From: Asterias rubens
Lineage: Eukaryota
Reading direction: 5' to 3'
DNA: 64,000 nt
NCBI RefSeq assembly: GCF_902459465.1
Contig: NC_047065.1
Coordinates: 20,460,001 to 20,524,000, forward strand
A program made the position numbers and the translations under genes. Shown here piece after piece: positions 1 through 11,974 of the stretch (the stretch's first letter is position 1; each line of letters opens with the position of its first letter). The notes beneath the pieces were generated by a model that did no database searches, was not told the origin of the DNA, and saw only the letters and a list, made by a program, of their open reading frames with translations.

Positions 1-1004
1 TATAGTACCCTCACAACAAAGTAATCTTCTTAAAGATAAATACAGTTGATCGAAATGCAAAGAAGACAAGTAGATGCTAATAAAAACAAAGAAAATTATG
101 TTTAAAAACGTCCTTCACAAAATCGATAAAAACAACATAATCATAGGTTTTACTCGTCTGGCTACCCTTGCTACCTGCACAATCTACAACTATAAATTTG
201 TAACCGTACAAAACAATTTCAATAACCCCGAGAAAATTGTCCCTACTTGAGGATTATTTTTCAATAAAAGCACATACCAGGCATAAAATATTTAACGATC
301 CCTCTAAAGCGACGAGAATGCGCCAACTTCAGAGACAATAGAGAAAGGACCCCCCCCCCCATTCCCTGCCAGTCGTTCCCATAGCACATCCCTGTTGTTA
401 ACTGGTATACATTGGTTCACATATAGAGGCATCATCCCAATCACCAAGGACTAGAGAAATAAAATCAATACAACGCTTCCGCTAAGTCCTTGAGGAACCT
501 ACGCTCTCAGATCATGCCAGAACACAGGAGATGAGACAAAGAAAGATTCCTCGAAAGAAGAATTTGAAAAACCGAAGACTATGAGGTGGATTTAGTAGGT
601 CAAAGCAGCTGCTCTTTTCATTATTGTATCATCCCCTTCACCCCCCCCCCATCCCAACTTTATCTCCAAATTATTCAAAACACTGAGGAGAAAGTGTCAG
701 ACTTCCAAATATTTACAGTAGCATTATGAATGAAAATGACCAAACAAAACAAACCCAAAGGTACCTAATGAAAGTTTGTTCACCTGCAAATACAATTCCA
801 GACACCACCACTTAAACAGCAGCATGCAGATGAATGAAACACACACATGTTAGCTTTTTACCAACAGATTAAATAACCCTATTTGAATCTCTATAGTGTA
901 TAAAGATAATCTTATCTGATACCAGCTCAGATGCTGTGCAAATATCACAATGTTGGTCGACTGATATCATGGGGTTGGGTAGGAGAAAAAGAAAACTGGG
1001 TATG

Positions 1005-1590
1005 AATGAAAATTTAACGATAATGGTTTTAAATTGTACTGGGGGGGGAACTGTAAGATTTGATGCGGAATAAAACTATAATGGTATAAAAGTGTACCGA
1101 AAAAGGGATAGTTGACACCGAATACAACTAAGAGGATAATGGTATTAAATTGTACTGAAATAAAGCGAAGGCAATATAGTTGATATCGAATAGAATTGAA
1201 CAATTGGTACCAAATTGTACTGGGAAAGGAGACTTTAACAGTTGAATTTGAATAAAACTAAATGATAATGGTATTAAATTGTACTGAAAAAAAGGGAATG
1301 TAATAAGTTGATATCAAATAAAACAAAACAATTGGTAGTGAAGGGAAAGGCACTGTAAAAGTTTAAATTGAAAGGCAGTGTATTAGTTGAAATTGAATCA
1401 AACTAAGTGATGTTAATGGCATCAAAATACACTGGGAAAAGGAACTTCAACATTGAATAAAACTTACCAATAATGGTACTAAATTGTACTGGGGGGAAAA
1501 GGGGGAAAGTAACAGATAGTTGATATTGAATAAAACTAAATGATACTATCATTGACAGTGGTATTAAAATATACAGGCAAAAGGGTAGTT
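1005..1590. repeat. Degenerate tandem repeat, unit about 60-70 bp, roughly 8-10 copies
   Basis: Recurring motifs aatggtattaaattgtactg and gttgatattgaataaaactaa at semi-regular spacing. Confidence 0.75.
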
Positions 1591-1921
1591 GGCAAAGAGA
1601 TCAAGAACAGTCTTCGGAGCTTTTCACCCTTGATGATGAGCGGACATGCATGACATTTAGAAGAGTAAACCAGCAATCTGGTGTCACTAATTTTTCAATG
1701 AATGCTAGTCTGATTAGTGCAGTCCGTTTTTGTTTTTGTTTTTGTTTTTCGTTTTTTTCTTTCTCTCTTTCAAAACTTCAGTGTAACTTAATCAAGATGG
1801 CATTAAACATACAGCTCTTTGCTTGAGTGAACAAAATCTTCTTTTTCTTAAGTGTTTAACGTGATAATCAAGAGTGTAAAAATGTCAAGCAAAAATCTTT
1901 TTTTCTGACAACAAGAATGTT

Positions 1922-2125
1922 ATTAATTTTTGGTTTTTACCCATACACCGATGTGTGTTAGCACTGTATACTCAGTACTTTCCCTGAGTCCTGTGAAAAA
2001 ACATCACAGGCATGTTACTTGGGTGGGATTCGAACCCACGACCCTGGTAGTCTTACCAACTAGACTACCGAGGTTGCCCGGCAGCTAGAGGCAGTTCGAA
2101 TCCTATGTTTGGGCAGCGGGTACCC
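1922..2125 (-). mobile_element. Family I tRNA-containing SINE-like element, truncated copy with 13-bp TSD
   Basis: Minus strand T-arm gtgggttcgaatcccac and D-arm gtctagttggtaagac; flanked by caacaagaatgtt at 1909-1921 and 2126-2138. Confidence 0.85.
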
Positions 2126-2279
2126 CAACAAGAATGTTGGAAGAAAAGGTTTTCATTCTCTAATTAATACTAATACTATAGTAAAAATTAACACACTTGC
2201 CACTCTTACAGAATTTAGAGCACTGATTGCCTTATGGCAAAATTATCCAGTAAATCTCGAAAAAATAGTAACGTTCAGA

Positions 2280-2366
2280 AGAGATGTTAAGTTTGCATCG
2301 GGATAAAGAATACTATTTTTTTTTTTTTTTTTTTTTTTACCCATACACCGATGTGTGTTAGAACTG
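2280..2366 (-). mobile_element. Family I fragment spanning the tail/linker junction
   Basis: gatgttaagtttgcatcgggataaagaa joined through a T-run to acccatacaccgatgtgtgttag. Confidence 0.75.
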
Positions 2367-3900
2367 TAACATTCATACTCGCTTAAAATCACCAAAACAG
2401 GTAAAGCAAAAACCAAAGACCTGTGTTTGAAAAAATCTCAAAATTGAAGCAGTGGAAAAAACAGCAGATCATTATTAACATCTGTGGATTAACTACTCCA
2501 CCGTAATCCATCGTTTCAGTAAACAGTGCCTTCCCCAGAAACACCCCTAATTGACAAAATCACACAGCCCTAACACCCAGACCAGAACTACAGTAATTGA
2601 TTGGTCATTATCAGGTGTCTCCTTCATTTGCATAACAAAGAGGGGACAGGTGCAGATTCCATTACATGGGATCAGCAGAAGCATCCATTCACGTTACAGG
2701 GGTGGTCTGGCTCCTGCAGGGGAAAGGCTTTAAATGCACTAAATTATGCATAGGTTGTGTTTACTAGTCGGTTGGAGAGGCGGGCCTTAAGTGCTGATCA
2801 ATTATGCAGGGGCTGATGATGTCATACACTCCAATGTTTTGTTTGTCTGTTTCTATTTACATGTGCAACTTGAATAATGTTTACATCATTACGGAGGCAT
2901 TTTATTGGCAAATGAACAAATGTTTTCTTTATCCCTGATGCAAATTTAACGTCTATTATATAATGTTTTCTTGCTACTGTAAACCATGGCAAACCATGGC
3001 AGGCAATAGCAGTAGAGTCCCAATTTGTTAGTAGTTGTACCATGCTTGGAGGAAATACCAGATGGTTGAAAATAGCTAAATACTGATTTTTAATTGCTCA
3101 ACAGTTAGTAATACACCATGTTCTTACACACAAAAGAGCTGATAAATATTCAAGAATCCTTCTTTTTTTAAGTGATTAAGACTTGTTCAAAATGGTTTAT
3201 GGAGGTCTGTAACTTTTGACTGTTGTTATCTTTGCATAATGTGTGCATAGTGTTTATTGTAGCCTACGGATTTAGTGTATTACTGTATATTTTAATGTCT
3301 TTAGACTGGCAAACCAAATTTAATTTCACGGTACATGTGTCTTTGGGTATATCGTGACAATAAAACCATTATAACAGCCAAACCTCACGATCACTGTATC
3401 ATATAGACTCCTCTGTAATATTTAAGATAATAGTTAAATATGACAAATAGGATAAAGATATACAAGACAATTTTTCAGAGTTTTACTCTTTAAAATTTAT
3501 AAAATGTTGTCTTTTTAGCTGAATCTCTCCAGGAAAATTTTTGAATTAATTTCCTAAACACAAAGCAATAAAAAATAATAACATTATCAAAAGCTTTGAT
3601 GAGACTTTATTTTATTTTTTACTTCAACGGTTCAACCGCAGTTTCCGAAACAGTGCATTCTTGCCTAAAATGTGTAGTCATAGTCTTTGTTGTTGCAAAA
3701 AAATTCTGCATTTGACAAAGACTTTTGCAGGGAACAGTCTGTGCATCAATCAAATAGATAGATAAATAAACCGACTCAAAATGTATTGTTCAACCTGGAG
3801 AATTCCTGCTGCTTTTCTGCAAACATTTTAACAGTCATAAACAGGCATGATGTGCTTGCCTCTTGGAAAAACAGTAAAAACATTTTTATTGAGTACTGAT

Positions 3901-4186
3901 ATAATATTATATCAATAGTCTTTTATAGCGCACGTCCAAACAAGGTACTCAAGGCGCCGAGTATTTATATACAAACTTTCAGAAAGATATGTTATTGCAG
4001 TGATGAATTCTGAGACCCGCACATGGGACCAACGTCTTAACATCCCATCCGAAGGACGAAGCAATGGTTAAGTGTCAGATTGCTTAAGGACACAAGTGTC
4101 ACGGCTGGGGATTCGAACCCACACTCTGCTGATCAGAAACACCAGAGTTTGAATTCGGTGCTCTTAACCGCTCAGCCACGACACTT
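3901..4186 (-). mobile_element. Family J SINE: tRNA-Leu-like head, CORE-like body, L2-like 3' tail
   Basis: Minus strand gtgtcgtggctgagcggttaagagcacc...gtgtgggttcgaatcccc (A/B boxes, long variable arm), gtgtccttaagcaa..acttaacc body, gcgccttgagtacc...gcgctataaaa tail. Confidence 0.85.
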
Positions 4187-4559
4187 CCACAAACTAACGA
4201 TGACTTACTTGTGACGACTTACATGGTATATGTTTGGATAAACTTTTCAGGCAAATAAAAAAGTATTTTGCAGATTTTTCAGAGGTTCAACAACAATCGG
4301 AAACCAGACTTAAGACGGTAGAATTCATGCCTGCATAAAAATCACATATCACTAATTCCTAATCTGTCACGAGCAGTAGAAATAGAAAAGTAATCTTAAA
4401 GCCTTGCTTTTCAGAAACATACTGGTAGAGGGATTATAATCCACTTTTCCCGAGGATTTACCAGGCTTCTGTTTGACTAAAACTGCAGTTGGTTTCATCA
4501 ACCATTGAACAATTCTGTAAAACCATTGATTATGTTAAAATTTATTTATAGTTTTAGGT

Positions 4560-4650
4560 TGAACATGAAGATATAACCTAGCCTCTGGATTAAAGTGCCG
4601 GCGCTCTTCCAACTAAGCTGTCTAGCCCTAATGTTGGTGGTCTCCTTGTT
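4560..4650 (-). mobile_element. Family K tRNA-derived SINE fragment; related fragments near 50120-50190, 53258-53330, 60750-60825
   Basis: Minus strand ggagaccaccaacattagggctagacagcttagttggaagagcgccggcac; similar A-box context at the other loci. Confidence 0.55.
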
Positions 4651-5671
4651 TTTTTTTAGGTCTTCTTCTTTTTTTTTCCAAATAATAAACCCCCATGCTA
4701 TGATGGATGATCATTTACTCCAATATTATGAAGAGATACATGTTGTACAGCAGCTATGAAGGACAGATAGGTTGATTGTTTTAATCCATACTCATTTTTA
4801 TTTGGCAGTACCGTAAATACAAATTTAAAAAACAAGAATTTGTTCCTTTAAGTTTGTTAATTGCAAGGAATTTTGTGCATAAATGAGAAACAACCTCTGG
4901 TTTTTTATTTCCAGTTGCCACCAATTTAAGCGTCAGAAGGAGGGAATATCGGTACCAGATAAACACAAACCTTAAGATAAGAATCCAAAAGGAAAGGACA
5001 AAACTAAATGAATACATATTACAATTATTCCCAATGGATACTAACAACAGCCCCCTCTATTGAGGAGTCATGAGTAGATCATAGTGCGAGATATAGGCTA
5101 AACACACAATGCAGCCGTCATAACCTACAAAGTAGCTTGGACAGATCAAACCACATGAGGGCGACATTTGAAAAAGGAGAGAGCTTCTTTATACCAAATT
5201 ATGTATAAATATTTCTGTGTGAAAACCAGAATTTTGCCTCACACGTCTCTATGCACACATTAGAAGCATTCATTTTTGTGAAGATAATCAGTTTCCTGCA
5301 TGGATAATCATTTTGTAAATGTTTTTGTTTCAATCTGCAACAAAATGTTTCACGTAAATGTGCTTTGGCATTTTACCTTTACAGACGTAAAAACACATAA
5401 AAGATAATACTTTGAGTAGTACAAATAAATTGCACTGTTTAAGATAAAAACATTTCCAAGCACTTCAAAAAGACTGTGGGAAATGAATGAAACCAGTGTG
5501 AACAACAGTGCAACACAGAACAATTCTCTGCAAGTAACACATTTCCAAAGACAAACTGTCACACGAGGGGGTAGTTTCATACAAAGAGGAGGATTGGGGA
5601 TCAGAATGCTGCTGCTTACTATAACAAAGAGTTAGCAGGGAATTCCTAGCTTACATCAAGGGTATGACACA

Positions 5672-5911
5672 GGCCAAATTTCATAAAGCCTGTAAGCACG
5701 AAAATTTGCTTAGCATGAAATTTCGTCCAAGATTAAAACAGGATTACCAACCAAATTTTAATTTGTTGCATATTGCTTGTTGCTAGCATTCAGCTGTTGT
5801 TTGCTTATCCTGAAAATCACGCGGAAATTTGGTTGGTAATCCTGTTCTTATTAAGGAAGAAATATCATGCTAAGCAAATTTTTGTGCTTACAGGCTTTAT
5901 AAAATTGGGCC
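5672..5911. mobile_element. Family G Harbinger-like MITE
   Basis: TIRs ggccaaatttcataaagcctgtaagcac / gtgcttacaggctttataaaattgggcc. Confidence 0.9.
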
Positions 5912-6031
5912 CTGGTTACTAGAGAATTTTGGCTTGTTTGCATGCGTACTACACAACTCTGTTGACCCTGGTTCGAATCCCTCCTCAGACCAGAGCCTTG
6001 CACATTAGATTTGGTTTTCACTACCTACCAG

Positions 6032-6271
6032 GGCCCAATTTCATAAAGCAGCTAAGCACACAAATTTGCTTAGCATGGAATTTCTTCCTTGATAAAAACA
6101 GGGTTACTAACCAAATTTCCAATTGTTGTATATTGGTAGTTACTGGTATTCAGCTGTTATTTGCAAATCCTGAAAACCACTAGAACATTTTGTTGGTAAT
6201 CCTGATCTTACCAAGGAAAAAGTTTCATGCTAAGCAAATTTTGGTGCTTAGCAGCTATATAAAATTGGGCC
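6032..6271. mobile_element. Family G Harbinger-like MITE inserted in a tRNA-SINE remnant (about 5960-6330)
   Basis: TIRs ggcccaatttcataaagc / gctatataaaattgggcc; upstream ggttcgaatccc B-box, SINE-like body continues after the MITE. Confidence 0.85.
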
Positions 6272-6414
6272 CCGACTGCCAAGGTTCCCCCATGTGGGGT
6301 TTCCTGCCCATATTGTAAGTTTCTTCACTGTCTCCCATTCGTCCTGTGATAGGATCTTGCAGTGTTGGATTTTCAGCAAAACTAAAACTAAAATACAAAG
6401 ATTTTAAAACCTAC

Positions 6415-6595
6415 CTGCAGATGCTGGCCGGCTGTTACTGCTACCTGACTTGGGAGACAAAGATGATTGCACTGAGTCTGGGTTGCCGTGGCAATGCGAG
6501 GATGCATGCTCTCGTTCACCGTCACTATCGCTATCGATGACGATGACGGACTCGTTGCGTCCGTCTCCAGTCTTCCTATCACTGCTTAAGGGCTG
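6415..6595 (-). CDS. Candidate internal coding exon (QPLSSDRKTGDGRNESVIVIDSDSDGEREHASSHCHGNPDSVQSSLSPKSGSSNSRPASA-G), low-complexity segment with SIM-like motif; parent gene unknown
   Basis: Minus strand: acceptor ctttctttgcag at 6596, donor gtaggt at 6414, 181 nt open frame (phase 0 to 1), GC-richer than flanks; lies inside ORF 6404..6793. Confidence 0.55.
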
Positions 6596-6635
6596 CTGCA
6601 AAGAAAGAATTAAAGAGTTTAAGTTTCTTGGTAAA

Positions 6636-6810
6636 TTAAAGGGTTTGCGTACTTTATGTACTCGTGACACATTAACACTTAAACAGACAGTTAAACTTAC
6701 AGAGTTTAAAGATAATGATGGTAAAAAGCTTCCCTTCAAAATATTACTTGCTGATGTGCTGTAAACTTTAAGAAATGAGTAAAACAATTTCATTTTTTCA
6801 TGTTAAGACA
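6636..6810. mobile_element. Family C diverged half copy
   Basis: ttaaaggg start; aaacttacagagtttaaagataatgatggtaaaaagcttcccttcaaaatattact matches the C arm. Confidence 0.7.
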
Positions 6811-7099
6811 GAATTTGGACTAATACAGGATGATTTAATTATTTTTTATTTTTGGGGGATTGGATGGGGCTGCAAATGTTTGAGGGAAGTTCAGATTGAA
6901 GCTAAAGACTTGTGTAGTGTACATGATATTTGTTTGGATAGGAGAGTTTTTCCCGATTGATAGTTGTTCACTTGAATGTAATCACTTCACTGCTCAGAAG
7001 TTATTCAACACTTACGACTTACATGAGTTAATTAATGAATGGTTTTAACAGCTCATCTAGGGAGTGCTTGAGTTGGAAAAGAAGAGGGTCTTCAAGTAA

Positions 7100-7228
7100 G
7101 GCCGTGTCCAAAACAGCGACTTCGGCTACAGCTACGGCTAGGGCGCGCGCGTCTGCCTATTCTTCAACACTGACAGACGCGCTAATCTAGACGTAGCTGT
7201 AGCCGAAGTTGTCGTTTCGGACACGGCC
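7100..7228. mobile_element. 129-bp Harbinger/Tourist-like MITE with TAA TSD
   Basis: taa|ggccgtgtccaaaac...gtttcggacacggcc|taa; long imperfect TIRs (cttcggctacagctacg / cgtagctgtagccgaag). Confidence 0.9.
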
Positions 7229-8465
7229 TAAGTTGATGGTGTTTGCTCTGGTGCATCTCATCTCATTCACTCATTCAATCATTCATTCATTTATTTTTTT
7301 TACCACTAATGCATCCACCAACACCAATTATCAGTTCTTCATTAGGCATCGAGCCTGAAAATTACACACGAAGGCCACAGAGGACATCCATTACAGGCTC
7401 CGTGTGGAGAACGTTTTGGCCTTGATGTTCTCATGGACACTCAGATGAAAACATCTAAGACAAAACGGCATATCTAAAACAAATCGGTGCATCTAAGAAA
7501 AAAACGTTGCATCTTAAGAAAAACTGGCCTTGTAAGAGAACGAATAAACAGGCTGTTGTAAACCTTTTCTGAAGCCTCAAATACATGGGATAAAATCAAA
7601 CTATTTGGTTTGTGATAAGGTGTATTATTTTCGCTGTGTAGATTTTGTTCTCTGGAAACACGCCCTTACTTTTTATTTTACTACATACTGCAATAAAACA
7701 ATTGGATTTTAAAACAATTATTTTGTCCTATTGTACATTTTATACTAAAATATGTTTACATTTTTAACTTTTCTTAATGTTGTAAAAATAAAACTCAATT
7801 CAGCCTCCTTAAGGCTGTGAAGCTTTTACCCATCAAAAATAAAAAGAACAATACCTTAATTCCAAAAGAACAAAATCAACACAGCAAGGTAGATATGGTG
7901 TTTCTGCAAATCTAATACAAATTGATACATCACCATTTAATGCCTCAAATACTAGAAACATCACACTTCTACACTGTGGTATTCAGTCAAAATTTGACCA
8001 AGACTCTGACTCGGACTAGTGCTGAGTGTCATTAATTTTGGAGCAGTTGACATTCCGTACATTATTTCCAAAGTTTTGCTTAGCAAAGAAATTGGCTAAG
8101 TGTTTTCTGCTTAGCAGTTTTATGAAAATGGCCCCTTAGCTTCAAGCTTTTGGCCTCAGCTTGGCTAATTCTCCCTATACTTAAGCACTGTGGCTGAAGC
8201 CACTGGCTGCAGCCATAGCAATGACCTTGTTATTCAATTTAGATCTAGCTGCACATTATGGTTGCAATGAAGTCGAATACACAATAGAATTTACCGGCAC
8301 GGATATGGAGCAACCATCATGTGATCAATACCTAGGAGTCGCTGTGAGACGCATTAACGGATTTACCCAACCTTCAGTCGCTAAACACAATACAGACCGC
8401 ACGTCATAAAACCAAGACTCGCGTTCATTATGCTTGGTCTATTTTGTCATGGTCAAGGGCCCCGA

Positions 8466-8579
8466 CCAATCCCCATCAACCAATAAGGTGCCTCGCCAAG
8501 AATGGCCCTAACTCACACTCACAGGAGGGAAAAAAAGCAAAAATCATCTACCCTGAGATTGATGGGTTGCCATGGCAAT
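8466..8579. promoter_or_regulatory. Candidate regulatory element: two CCAAT boxes plus RFX X-box
   Basis: CCAAT at 8466 and 8480; GTTGCCATGGCAAT at 8566-8579 matches 13/14 of the X-box palindrome GTTGCCATGGCAAC. Confidence 0.4.
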
Positions 8580-8764
8580 GCCACTTGAGACATTAAATAT
8601 TCATTGATTTTTTTACTGTACAAATGACAATTAGTGTGCATGAGCTGTGCATGAGCTATGATGTATTTGTTCAGAGTAAATGGTCAATGTGATTCAGATT
8701 CCTAAATTAGAACTTAAAGCTCACTTTATGATTGAGCAGGGAACTTGCAATCTTTATTATTAAC

Positions 8765-8873
8765 ACTAATAATTATAATATCAAAGTCTTTTATAGCGCA
8801 ACTATCCACCAAACAAGGTACTTAATACGCTGAGTATATACAAACTTTCAGAAAGATAGGTTATTGCAGTGAA
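8765..8873 (-). mobile_element. Family J 3' tail fragment
   Basis: Matches about 3905-4005 (tcttttatagcgc...aaacaaggtact...caaactttcagaaagata.gttattgcagtga). Confidence 0.75.
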
Positions 8874-9103
8874 AGATTTATAAATCAACCTGAATTACAT
8901 TCATTTTTTTCTGAATCCATTTTACTTAAAAAAATCCATGTGGGATTTATAACTTGTGATTTTTAGTAAGTGATGTTTAAATCTAGATGCGAGATGTGGA
9001 TTGTTAGACTATAAATTGTATTTAATTCTTCTGGGAGAGGTTGGTTCTGAGAAGGGCAGGGTTGGATCAGGTGAACCAGACCACCTTCAAAAGAAAGAAG
9101 ATT

Positions 9104-9338
9104 AATTTTGGTTTTTACCCATACACCGATGTATGTTAGCACTGTATACTCGGGTGAGATTCAAGATTCCCACGACCCTTGCAATTCAGTAGAGCAGTGT
9201 CTTACCAACTAGACTACTGAGACTGCCCGATAGCTAGAGGCAGTTGGAATTCTATGTTCTGGCAGCCGGTACCGCAACGATATATAAATAAACAGATGTT
9301 AAATTTGCATCGGGAATAAAGAACATTAATTTTTGTTT
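9104..9338 (-). mobile_element. Family I element, one full monomer with terminal redundancy and 16-18 bp TSD
   Basis: Flanked by ttcaaaagaaagaagatt at 9086-9103 and 9339-9356; both ends contain attaatttttg(g)ttttt. Confidence 0.85.
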
Positions 9339-9994
9339 TTCAAAAGAAAGAAGATTGTTATTTTAGGTTCAGGCTAAAGGCATGACAGATTATAACCATT
9401 ATTAATTTTTAAAGGTTTTAATTTATGAGATTTTTTTTTTTTGTAATTAAAGTTACTATTTATTACTTGATAGTGGTATCCCTTTTATGAAAAGGAAAAA
9501 AACTGTTGCAAACTGCTTTAAATACATGTAACAACACATGTAGCAACCAAAAAAGGTACAAATGCAAAATAATTACTATTGCCCTCGACCTATCCAATTA
9601 AATGGCTAAAAAAGAAATATATCTGCTAACGCCATTACTGAGTTTATAAATTAATAAGCATTCCCAAGAATATCCGAAATCTTTGATTCCCTCCCTCCTC
9701 ACCAATCAAGAATTCTATCTTTAAATCAATATTCCAAAGGCATTGTGCCTTCAATAAACTGTAATTAATCGTCCCGAGATGAATGTAGGTCAAGCAAGGG
9801 CAGCAAACACAGCGCAAAAAGATGATGTAGAAGACTCAAACATTGGGACGACCCCTTTTTGACAATCTGCATTGTTCCTTAGCCTCAATTTGATTCTGAT
9901 TATGTGAGTTATCGTGTGGAATCTAAGAGGCACGATTTGACGACCCTGACTAAAGACATGCTTCAGGCACTGATGAGACATTTATGCGAGCTCG

Positions 9995-10063
9995 ATCACG
10001 CTGGGATGATGTACATGTAGTTGTTTTATCACGCTGGGATGATGTACGTGTAGTTGTTTTATC
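9995..10063. repeat. 33-bp tandem duplication
   Basis: atcacgctgggatgatgtac(a/g)tgtagttgtttt x2. Confidence 0.9.
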
Positions 10064-10981
10064 TAAACTTTAACCGAGTGCTTTACTGAATGAATTCAAA
10101 ATGGGGGTGGGGGGGGGGAATACAAAGTAACACAAACTTCCTGTAAAATTTGCTCACAAATTACTTACAATCAAGACTTGTCAAGTATTGTGTTTACAGC
10201 AACTATTAAAATTTAAATTTAAACTTTCTTGAAAAAAAAAGTAAACAGTATATTTTGAGAATATTCCAAGAACATTTGTTTGTAACAGTTTTTTGTTGCC
10301 ATGAGTGCCATCTCAAAAGATCAATTATGAATGACCAATTCAAGAAAAAGAAACATAGTTCTAAAAATGAATATATCCTAGAGACAAAATAAATGTAGCA
10401 ACATTTCTCATCCTGCCACCACTTTTTCATTTCCATATGAAAAAAATTAGTATCTAATTTACTAGAAAATAATATTCCTTCAAAAAACAAAAAAGTGAAC
10501 AGGTGTTGACAACTTAAAACATTTTTCACACTAACAACATCCGTATCCACATAAAATTATTTAGTAGAATATCACTCTTTCACTCTGAACAGCCACTTCA
10601 CACAGTCACTGTAAACAGCGCCCTCTGTTGAGCAAAAACAGCCAGCCTTCATCTGGAGATTTTTATGAAGTTTACATATAGTTTAGGATCTGGTCTTAAC
10701 TGTCAAACTGCATGGCGGCTGCGGCTACAGCTACGGCTGTTTCTAAGGGTGCTGCCAAGCTAAAGGGCATCCTATTTGCTTCAATGCTTGTTCACATGAC
10801 GATCAAGCCACAGCCTACAGACAATCATGTTGGTATATGTTTGACAGACAATGAAGATCAAACCAAGACTTTCTCAGCATGCTTGACTTTCTCATAATAT
10901 TTTTGGAATAAGTTTGTTGTTATTCCAGGTTTTAAAATTCAACCCCATAACATGACTGTGATTAAAAGGTCGATTACGGGT

Positions 10982-11338
10982 TTAAAGGCAGTGGACACTA
11001 TTGGTAATTGTCAAAGACTAGCCTTCACAGTTTGTGTATCTCAACATATGCATAAAATAACAAACCTGTGAAAATTTGAGCTCAATTGGTCATCGAACTT
11101 GCGAGATAATAATGAAAGAAAAAAACACCCTTGTCACACGAAGTTGTGTGCGTTTAGATGGTTAATTTCGAAACCTCAAGTTCTAAATCTGAGGTCTCAA
11201 AATCAAATTCGTGGAAAATTACTTCTTTCTCGAAAACAATGTTTTATACCATCAACCTCTCCCCATTACTCGTCACCAAGAAAGGTTTTATGCTAATTAA
11301 TATTTTGAGTAATTACCAATAGTGTCCACTGCCTTTAA
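10982..11338. mobile_element. Family A TTAA-flanked MITE (Kolobok/T2-like), full length
   Basis: ttaa|aggcagtggacactattggtaatt ... aattaccaatagtgtccactgcct|ttaa; central hairpin ttcgaaacctc...gaggtctcaaa. Confidence 0.93.
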
Positions 11339-11554
11339 TAAAAAAAAAGGTAAAAAAGTTTGTAAATTAAAAAGTTATTTTCAAAAACAAAAACAACTCC
11401 ATAAAAACCTAGTGAATCAAACTGCAGTACCAGTAGGTAGTGGCAATAAAAACAATGGGGACTATAAAAAAAAACATCAATGATTTTGAGTTTATGACAG
11501 AAAAATTTAATAAACTTAAACTGTACCTGCATTGCCAGAGAAAGTTTGCCAAAT

Positions 11555-11974
11555 GCAAATAGGTTACCAGCGCAAATACTGCTTGGCACATTTCTCTGCT
11601 GAGCAAAAAACAAGTGGGTCACCAGTCACAACAATGTAAATTTGTGTGATTTTGGCTGGTAACCTGTAAAGCAATTCCTTTTCAATGCTTAGCAAGTTTT
11701 TGTGCTTACAGGTTTTATGAAACTGGGCCCAGGGGCCAATTTTATAGAGCTGCTTAAGCAAAAAAAATGCTTAAGCACGAAAATTGCTCGCTTATTTTAC
11801 ACCTGTAACTGGCCAAAATTTCATGCCATATACATTGCTTGTGACTGGTATTTAGCTGTTGTTATACTTAGCATGACAATTGAGTGGAGTCTTGGCCGGT
11901 AATCTGTTTTTACTACGCAAGGATTTTTTCGCTTAAGCAACATTTTGTGCTTAACAGCTCTATGAAATTGGGCC
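11555..11974. mobile_element. Two adjacent family G MITEs (partial 11555-11729; full 11733-11974) separated by one CAG triplet
   Basis: ...tatgaaactgggcc|cag|gggccaatttatagagctgc...cagctctatgaaattgggcc. Confidence 0.8.

Noticed and set aside
1922-4186. tRNA genes suggested by A/B boxes
   Set aside because: The cloverleaves are embedded in multi-copy, diverged retroelement bodies with TSDs or LINE-like tails and have imperfect stems, so they are SINE heads and not functional tRNA genes.
7290-7430. Short exon-like segments (minus: GSMPNEELIIGVGGCIS, kinase-like; plus: GIEPENYTRRPQ…)
   Set aside because: Too short, mutually exclusive, and no partner exon with a P-loop was found.
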